Assembly (NCBI GenBank): GCA_040081625.1
Contig: JBEBGD010000003.1
Location: forward strand, 32,001-96,000
Source: Chthoniobacteraceae bacterium
GTDB taxonomy: Bacteria > Verrucomicrobiota > Verrucomicrobiia > Chthoniobacterales > Chthoniobacteraceae
Reading direction: 5' to 3'
Length of the DNA: 64,000 bases
Shown: positions 58,488-64,000 of the stretch, piece after piece
Position numbering within the stretch: position 1 is the first letter of the stretch
Layout of the letters: each line of letters opens with the position of its first letter
Translations under genes and position numbers: made by a program
Notes under the pieces: model-generated
Seen by the model: only the letters and a program-made list of their open reading frames with translations
Databases searched by the model: none
What the model was told of the DNA's origin: nothing

Positions 58488-59554
58488 ACGCCCTCATTTC
58501 CGATCCCCGCGACCTGACGCCGCAGACGACCTGGCGCGAGACCAAGTGGGCATGGACCGCCGAGGAGTCGCTGGTCGATCACACGACACGCGCGCGGCTG
58601 TGCTCGGCGGTGTTGCTTCCATTTCGCGACGCGAAGCCGGACTGGGCGAGCTTCGTGGCGGGCATCCGCTGGATGATGACGGCGGCGGAGCACTACGGCG
58701 TCGAGTTTGTGTGCGTGCTCAATGCGGACACGGGCTACATCTTCGAGCTCGACGACGCGCTCTACGCCGAGGTGCTGCGGAGGTTTCGCGCAGAGTTTCC
58801 GGCGGCGAAATTCATCGCCGGCGTGACGGCGCGCGGACGCGATGGCGACGACTACCGCCCGCTGATGGACATCGTGCAGCAGCACGAGAACTGCGAGGTG
58901 ATGCTGATGACTTCGCGCTGGCTGAACGCGTTCGACCCTGAGCGGCGGCGCGATGCGTATTTCGAGATCGCGGAATCGCTCGTGCGGCCGGGGATCGTCC
59001 ACGCGCTCGAGCCGGCCTTCGTGCCGTGGGCCACGCCTTACGAGCCGTGGCTGCTGTGGCAACTCGCGCAGCATCCGAAATTCGTCGGCGGAAAAATCTC
59101 CACCCTCGACGAGCCGCACTTCCTCTACTGGGCGGCGATGACTCGCGATCTCGGGCTCGATTTCGCGCCGCACAGCGGCGACGACTTCGGCATCGCGACG
59201 GCGATCAAGCTCGGCCTGCCGCTGCTCATCGGCGCGGCATCGAGCGCGGCGCCGCTGATCTGCGCGGCGAAGAAAATGTGGCTCGCGGACGATTTCGACA
59301 CGCGCGTTTACAAGCTCTTCGAGGCGATCCAATCGCTCGAGGACTCGGTCTTCCGGCTCGATGCGCGCGGGAGTGCCGCGGCTTACAAACACAGCACCGC
59401 GCACGTGCTGCACGCACTCGGCGTGATCGCCGCGCCGGAGCCGCACCCCGCGTGCGCCGACGTGCGCGGAGCGGATGAAGCCGCGCGCATGGACGAAGCG
59501 CTGCGCCGCGCGCGGCGCATGGCTGCGAAGCTGGGCGTGCCCGGATTCGCGTAG
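58484..59554 (+). CDS. Dihydrodipicolinate synthase/class I aldolase-like TIM barrel protein
   Basis: AVLLPF..PDW, NADTGY, candidate Schiff-base Lys in FVGGKIS, and SGDD. Confidence 0.65.
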   Translation: MNALISDPRDLTPQTTWRETKWAWTAEESLVDHTTRARLCSAVLLPFRDAKPDWASFVAGIRWMMTAAEHYGVEFVCVLNADTGYIFELDDALYAEVLRRFRAEFPAAKFIAGVTARGRDGDDYRPLMDIVQQHENCEVMLMTSRWLNAFDPERRRDAYFEIAESLVRPGIVHALEPAFVPWATPYEPWLLWQLAQHPKFVGGKISTLDEPHFLYWAAMTRDLGLDFAPHSGDDFGIATAIKLGLPLLIGAASSAAPLICAAKKMWLADDFDTRVYKLFEAIQSLEDSVFRLDARGSAAAYKHSTAHVLHALGVIAAPEPHPACADVRGADEAARMDEALRRARRMAAKLGVPGFA

Positions 59555-59558
59555 CGCG

Positions 59559-60386
59559 TCAGTCGAGAATGCCGCCGGAGGTCTTCGCGGGCTGGCCTTC
59601 GTTCGGCAGCGTCTTTGCCACGAAGGCCTGGAGCGAACCCATGATCGCAGTGATGAAGAGCGAGACGCCGCCGAAGACGCTGAGCACTTCCTCCTTCTTC
59701 AACTCGATCTTCTGCCCGATGGCGAAACTCTTCGGCACGTCGAGCACGCGGCCGGTCATCGCACCGGGAGTCGCGGCCTCGCCGGGTTTCGGCGTGGCGG
59801 GTTGAAGATCGAGCGCCATGAGGCGGACGACGAGGTCCTTGCCCTCGGTGGTGTCGGCTTCGGTGACGGTGCCGCCGCGCGCGAGCGCCTGGCCGAGCTT
59901 CAGGTAGCTGTTGAGGCTCGGCTCGTTCGGCGAGGCGATCGTGAATTTTTCGCGCAGCGTCTTGAGCTTGTCCTCAAAAGGCAGTGCGAGAAATGCCTGC
60001 CGGTCCGGGCCGAGGATTTCCTGGAGGCGCGCCTGCTCGGTGTTGCCGGAGGCTTTCCACGTCGCGAGTGCGGCGACGGAGCGGGCGTCCTCGAGGAGCG
60101 GGACGAGCATGCTGAGCGCTTCGCCGAGGAGTTGGCGCAGCAGCCACGACTCGGCGGCGGGGCGCACGGCGTCGAAGGCGAGATGATGCTGCTGCGAGGG
60201 CATGAAGCGAAGCGCGCGGGAAAATTCGTCGTAGTCCTTTTCGGTCTGGCAGCGCAGCGAGCCGATGGTGCACGCGGCGAGGTCGAAGGCGCGCTGGATG
60301 GCGCCGAGGTATTTGAGGCTCATGTCGCCGAGGTTGATCTGCACGGCCTTGGTTTCGGGCGGGGTTGGTTCGCTTTTCTTGCTCAT
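59559..60386 (-). CDS. Hypothetical cytoplasmic protein (275 aa)
   Basis: Normal codon and amino-acid usage; start MSKKSEP; no recognised motif. Confidence 0.7.
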   Translation of the reverse strand: MSKKSEPTPPETKAVQINLGDMSLKYLGAIQRAFDLAACTIGSLRCQTEKDYDEFSRALRFMPSQQHHLAFDAVRPAAESWLLRQLLGEALSMLVPLLEDARSVAALATWKASGNTEQARLQEILGPDRQAFLALPFEDKLKTLREKFTIASPNEPSLNSYLKLGQALARGGTVTEADTTEGKDLVVRLMALDLQPATPKPGEAATPGAMTGRVLDVPKSFAIGQKIELKKEEVLSVFGGVSLFITAIMGSLQAFVAKTLPNEGQPAKTSGGILD

Positions 60387-60491
60387 AAAGGCGGCGAAGG
60401 TGGCAGGGGAGATCGTTTCGGCAAGCGACTTTGCGGAAGTGCTACACGGAGCTTGAGTCGGGCGCGTATTGCGCGGTAGTTTTCCGCCGCC

Positions 60492-61652
60492 ATGTCCACA
60501 ACCGCCGATCCCGCCACGCCCTACTCGATGAAAAATCCGTTCCCCGCGCAGCACGTCGCCAACGTGCTGCTCAACGGGCCGGGTTCAAAAAAGGAGACGC
60601 GCCATCACGCGATCTCACTCGCGGGTTCGGGGCTTTCTTATTTGCCCGGCGATGCGATGGGCCTCGTGGCGAGTAATTGCCCGGCGCTCGTCGATGGCCT
60701 CGTGAAGGCGCTCGGCTGCACCGGCGATGAACCGGTGCCGGGCAAGGACGGCCAGCCGAAGCCGATCGCGCAGGCGCTCATCCACGACTACGCGATCAAT
60801 TTTTCGGACAAGAAATTCATCGAGGCGTGCGTGGCCAAGGGCGTGACCGATCTCGCGCCGCTGCTCGCGCCGGAAGCGGCGGATCAGCTCAAGACGTATC
60901 TGACCGGCAAGGGTGAGGCGCACGATTACCTCGAGATTCTCACCACGTTTCCGCAGTTGAAGTTCGCGCCGGACGAGTTTGCGAAGCTCCTACGCCGGCT
61001 GCCCCCGCGGCTTTACTCGATCGCGAGCGCGCTCTCGGCGCATCCGGGCGAGGTTCACCTGACCGTGGCGACGGTGCGCTACGACATCCGCGGGCGCACG
61101 CGCAAGGGAGTGGCCTCGACCTTCCTCGCCGACCGCTGGTCCGAAGCGCAGACGGCGGGCATTTATCTCCAGAGCCAGCAGAAGCATTTCTTCCTGCCGC
61201 CGGATCCGAACACGCCGATCATCATGTGCGGGCCGGGCACGGGCATCGCGCCGTTCCGCGCGTTCGTGGCGGAGCGGATCGTGACGGGCGCGCCTGGGAA
61301 GAACTGGCTGTTCTTCGGCGAGCAGAAAAGCTCGGGGGATTTTTTCTATCGCGACGAGTTCGAAAAGATGATCGCGACGGGCAAGCTGACGATGACGTGC
61401 GCGTGGTCGCAGGACCAGGCGGAGAAGGTGTATGTGCAGCACAAGATCGCCGAGCATGGCGCGGAGTTGTGGAAGTGGCTCGAAGAGGGCGCGGACTTTT
61501 TCGTGTGCGGCGACAAGACGCGCATGGCCGCGGACGTGGACAAGGCGCTGCACGAAGTCGTCGCCAAGCACGGCGGCAAGACGCCGGAGCAGGCCGCCGA
61601 ATACATGGAGGGTCTGAAGAAGGCGAAGCGCTACAAGCGCGACGTTTATTAA
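60492..61652 (+). CDS. CysJ-like FAD/NADPH ferredoxin-reductase module with no flavodoxin domain
   Basis: YSMKNPF, SKKETRH, PRLYSIAS, GVAS, GPGTGIAPFR, KVYVQ, VCGD and RYKRDVY. Confidence 0.88.
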   Translation: MSTTADPATPYSMKNPFPAQHVANVLLNGPGSKKETRHHAISLAGSGLSYLPGDAMGLVASNCPALVDGLVKALGCTGDEPVPGKDGQPKPIAQALIHDYAINFSDKKFIEACVAKGVTDLAPLLAPEAADQLKTYLTGKGEAHDYLEILTTFPQLKFAPDEFAKLLRRLPPRLYSIASALSAHPGEVHLTVATVRYDIRGRTRKGVASTFLADRWSEAQTAGIYLQSQQKHFFLPPDPNTPIIMCGPGTGIAPFRAFVAERIVTGAPGKNWLFFGEQKSSGDFFYRDEFEKMIATGKLTMTCAWSQDQAEKVYVQHKIAEHGAELWKWLEEGADFFVCGDKTRMAADVDKALHEVVAKHGGKTPEQAAEYMEGLKKAKRYKRDVY

Positions 61653-61653
61653 A

Positions 61654-62811
61654 GTGCAGTCGCTCGCGCATCTGCGCTGCGGCTTGATCGGAACGGGCTT
61701 CATCGGCCCGGTGCATCTCGAGGCCGTGAAGCGACTCGGCGTGCAGGTGACCGCGATCTGCGGCTCGACGAAAAGTGCGGGCGCGCTCGCGGCGCACTGG
61801 GGCGTGCCGGAGGTGTATGGCGACCACGATTACCGCGGGTTGCTCGCGTCGCCGAATGTCGATGTCGTCCACATCACCTCGCCGAACAAAGTCCACGTGG
61901 AGCAATCGCTCGCGGCGCTCAAGGCGGGCAAGCACGTGATCTGCGAGAAGCCGCTCGGCATGACGACGCGTGAGACGGCGCGCGTGGTGCGCGCGGCGGC
62001 GAAGAGCGATCGCGTTTTCGCGGTGAACTACATGTGCCGCTTCTTCCCCGCGGTGCTGCAGATGCGCGCGATGGTGCAGCGCGGCGACCTCGGGCGGATC
62101 GTCCATGTGCAGGGACATTTTTTCCAGGACTGGCTGCTCAAGCCGACCGACTACAACTGGCGCGTGCTCGCTGGCGAAGGCGGAAAGCTGCGCGCGGTTG
62201 GCGACATCGGCACGCACTGGATGGATGCGCTCGGCTTCATCCTCGGCGACCGCGTGGAGTCGGTCTTCGCGACGCTCGGGCGCGCGCACGAGCAGCGGCT
62301 GCGGCCGAAAGGGGAGGTGCAAACCTTCGCGAAGATCGACCCGAAGATGATGGTGCCGTATGCGGTCGATACGGAGGATTTCGCCAGCGTGCTGCTGCGC
62401 TATCGCGGTGGTGCGCACGCGAATCTCGCGGTGAGCCAGGTCGCGGCGGGGTGGAAGTGCTCGCTTTACCTCGGCATCTACGGGACGGAGGGAAGCGTGC
62501 GCTGGGACTTGCAGCAGCCGAATGAATTGCAGGTCGGCCGGCGCGATGAACCGAACCAGGTGCTCCAGCGCGGGACGGCCGGATTCACCGAGGACATCGC
62601 CGGGTTTAGCGACTACCCAGGCGGTCATCCCGAGGGTTTCGCCGACGCGCACAAGATGCACTACCGCGCGGTTTATCAGCACGTCGCCAGCGGGCGGAAG
62701 ACACCGTCGCTCTTTGCCTCGGCGGCGGATGGGCACGAGGAGATCCGCGTGTGCGAGGCGATCCTGCGGAGCGATGAATCGCGCCGCTGGGTGAAGCTGG
62801 CCGGCGCTTAG
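61654..62811 (+). CDS. Gfo/Idh/MocA family oxidoreductase
   Basis: GLIGTGFIG, GKHVICEKP, NWR and DIGTHWMD. Confidence 0.92.
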   Translation: MQSLAHLRCGLIGTGFIGPVHLEAVKRLGVQVTAICGSTKSAGALAAHWGVPEVYGDHDYRGLLASPNVDVVHITSPNKVHVEQSLAALKAGKHVICEKPLGMTTRETARVVRAAAKSDRVFAVNYMCRFFPAVLQMRAMVQRGDLGRIVHVQGHFFQDWLLKPTDYNWRVLAGEGGKLRAVGDIGTHWMDALGFILGDRVESVFATLGRAHEQRLRPKGEVQTFAKIDPKMMVPYAVDTEDFASVLLRYRGGAHANLAVSQVAAGWKCSLYLGIYGTEGSVRWDLQQPNELQVGRRDEPNQVLQRGTAGFTEDIAGFSDYPGGHPEGFADAHKMHYRAVYQHVASGRKTPSLFASAADGHEEIRVCEAILRSDESRRWVKLAGA

Positions 62812-63398
62812 TTCTCGCCCTTTTCCTCGGAGGGCGTGGTGAAGTGCCAGTCGCGGATCAACCGCACGGCGCGCTGCGTGGCGGCGTCGAAGGATTTCAC
62901 GATGCCGATGGTCTGAACGACGATCTGCTGGCGCGCGTCGATGTTGAGGAAGACGATGCTTTCGCGAAGCGGCACGCCGGCGACCGAGTAGGTGAAGACG
63001 AAGCGGTAGGACTGGCCGCCGTTGATGCTCTCGGATTCCGCGGCGGCTTCCTCCTGGGCCACGGACTGTGCGCTCTGCGGCAGCATCTGCACCGCGGCTT
63101 TCTGGTATTGCACGAGCCCATCGGCGTCGAAAGGAACTGTTGCATTGAGCGGCGAGCGACGCATGCGGACCTTGGCGTCCGGGATTCCGCCGAAACGGAA
63201 GACCGTGCCGCTCTCGTCCGGCGAGGCGTGCGCGTCGGAATCCAGGCTCACGGAAACCTTCTTGTCGCCGTCGGCGAACTGGACTCGGCCGGCGGTAAAA
63301 CCGCCAAACTGCGTCGCGATGGTCTGCGGCGTCAGGTCGATGTCGGCGAAAACCGGGCCTGCGGCGACGAGGAGGATGGCGATGAAGTGGTGGCGCAT
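62808..63398 (-). CDS. Secreted hypothetical protein
   Basis: Signal peptide MRHHFIAILLVAAGPVFA; starts 6 nt after the upstream gene's stop. Confidence 0.65.
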   Translation of the reverse strand: MRHHFIAILLVAAGPVFADIDLTPQTIATQFGGFTAGRVQFADGDKKVSVSLDSDAHASPDESGTVFRFGGIPDAKVRMRRSPLNATVPFDADGLVQYQKAAVQMLPQSAQSVAQEEAAAESESINGGQSYRFVFTYSVAGVPLRESIVFLNIDARQQIVVQTIGIVKSFDAATQRAVRLIRDWHFTTPSEEKGEN

Positions 63399-63404
63399 GG
63401 CGGT

Positions 63405-64000
63405 TTAGAGGCGGGCCCAGGTGCCGCGGACGATGACGACGGCATCGACGCTGCCGGGAGGCGGTGTGGTGCTGAAGACGGTGTCGTAGTTCCAGCGACG
63501 ATTCGGGGCGCTGTAGATGTCGCCGGTGTTCCACTTGCCGGTGAAGACCTTGCTTTGGAAGAGTTCGACCATCGAACCATAATACGTGCATGCCTTGCCG
63601 CTCCAGGCCTCGAGGAAGCGCGGGAAATTATTTGCACCGCCCGAGTAGCCGTAGGCGGCGACGCCGCCGGAGCCATCGGGATCCCAGCCTGAGGGGACGA
63701 AGCCGGACATGATCGCGGTGTTGATGGTCGTGTTGCTGGCGACGCGGTTGCTCAACGACGAGGAGGAGCTTGAGGCGTTGCTGTCGTTCCAGGCGTTCGA
63801 GAGGAACATGACTGCGTCGGCGATGACGGCCGAGGGCTTGCGGGTGTAGCCGTTGACGGTCGGACTGTCGGTGTTGTTCGGGTTGCCGGTGGAGTTCGCC
63901 GGGACGCTGGTCGAGTTGGGCGTGCCTGAAGTGGTGTAGGTCGTGCCGGTGTTGTAGTCGCCGTGGATATAGACGGGGTTCTGGCTGGCGACGGTCAGGC
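63405..64000 (-). CDS. C-terminal part of a PilX/HpsA-like pilus-associated protein; start lies outside the window
   Basis: Frame stays open to the window edge: LTVASQNPVYIHGDYN...PSAVIADAV.FLSNAW...GGANNFPRFLEAW...YYGSMVEL..S...YSAPNRRWNYD. Confidence 0.65.
   Translation of the reverse strand, partial: LTVASQNPVYIHGDYNTGTTYTTSGTPNSTSVPANSTGNPNNTDSPTVNGYTRKPSAVIADAVMFLSNAWNDSNASSSSSSLSNRVASNTTINTAIMSGFVPSGWDPDGSGGVAAYGYSGGANNFPRFLEAWSGKACTYYGSMVELFQSKVFTGKWNTGDIYSAPNRRWNYDTVFSTTPPPGSVDAVVIVRGTWARL

Overview
High-GC bacterial chromosomal segment, most consistent with Verrucomicrobia/PVC (sulfatases, giant Calx-beta proteins, few Shine-Dalgarno sites); this taxonomy is inferred. Most of the window is housekeeping or catabolic: monomeric icd, glucose dehydrogenase, deoB-pdp, tkt, tRNA-Pro(GGG), argCJBA, mgtE, two sulfatases and a two-component cluster. 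I saw no integrase, IS, prophage or CRISPR array. The main observations are: (1) a single reading frame absent from the ORF track that fuses a low-molecular-weight phosphatase, RpiB and GlyA and runs off the left edge; (2) two tandem paralogous giant surface metzincin proteases (2226 and 3182 aa) sharing a Cys/His pro-region motif and a conserved C-terminal tail, where the larger one has a 7-repeat beta-propeller and a circularly permuted lectin-like pair nested inside Calx-beta domains that are intact in the smaller one; (3) a sulfatase/nucleotidyltransferase chimeric deletion scar; (4) a divergent CcdB/MazF-fold toxin-antitoxin pair; (5) a translationally coupled flavin oxidoreductase, secreted unknown and aldolase-like operon; (6) a CysJ-like protein with no flavodoxin domain. 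All family calls come from motif recognition by eye, not database searches.
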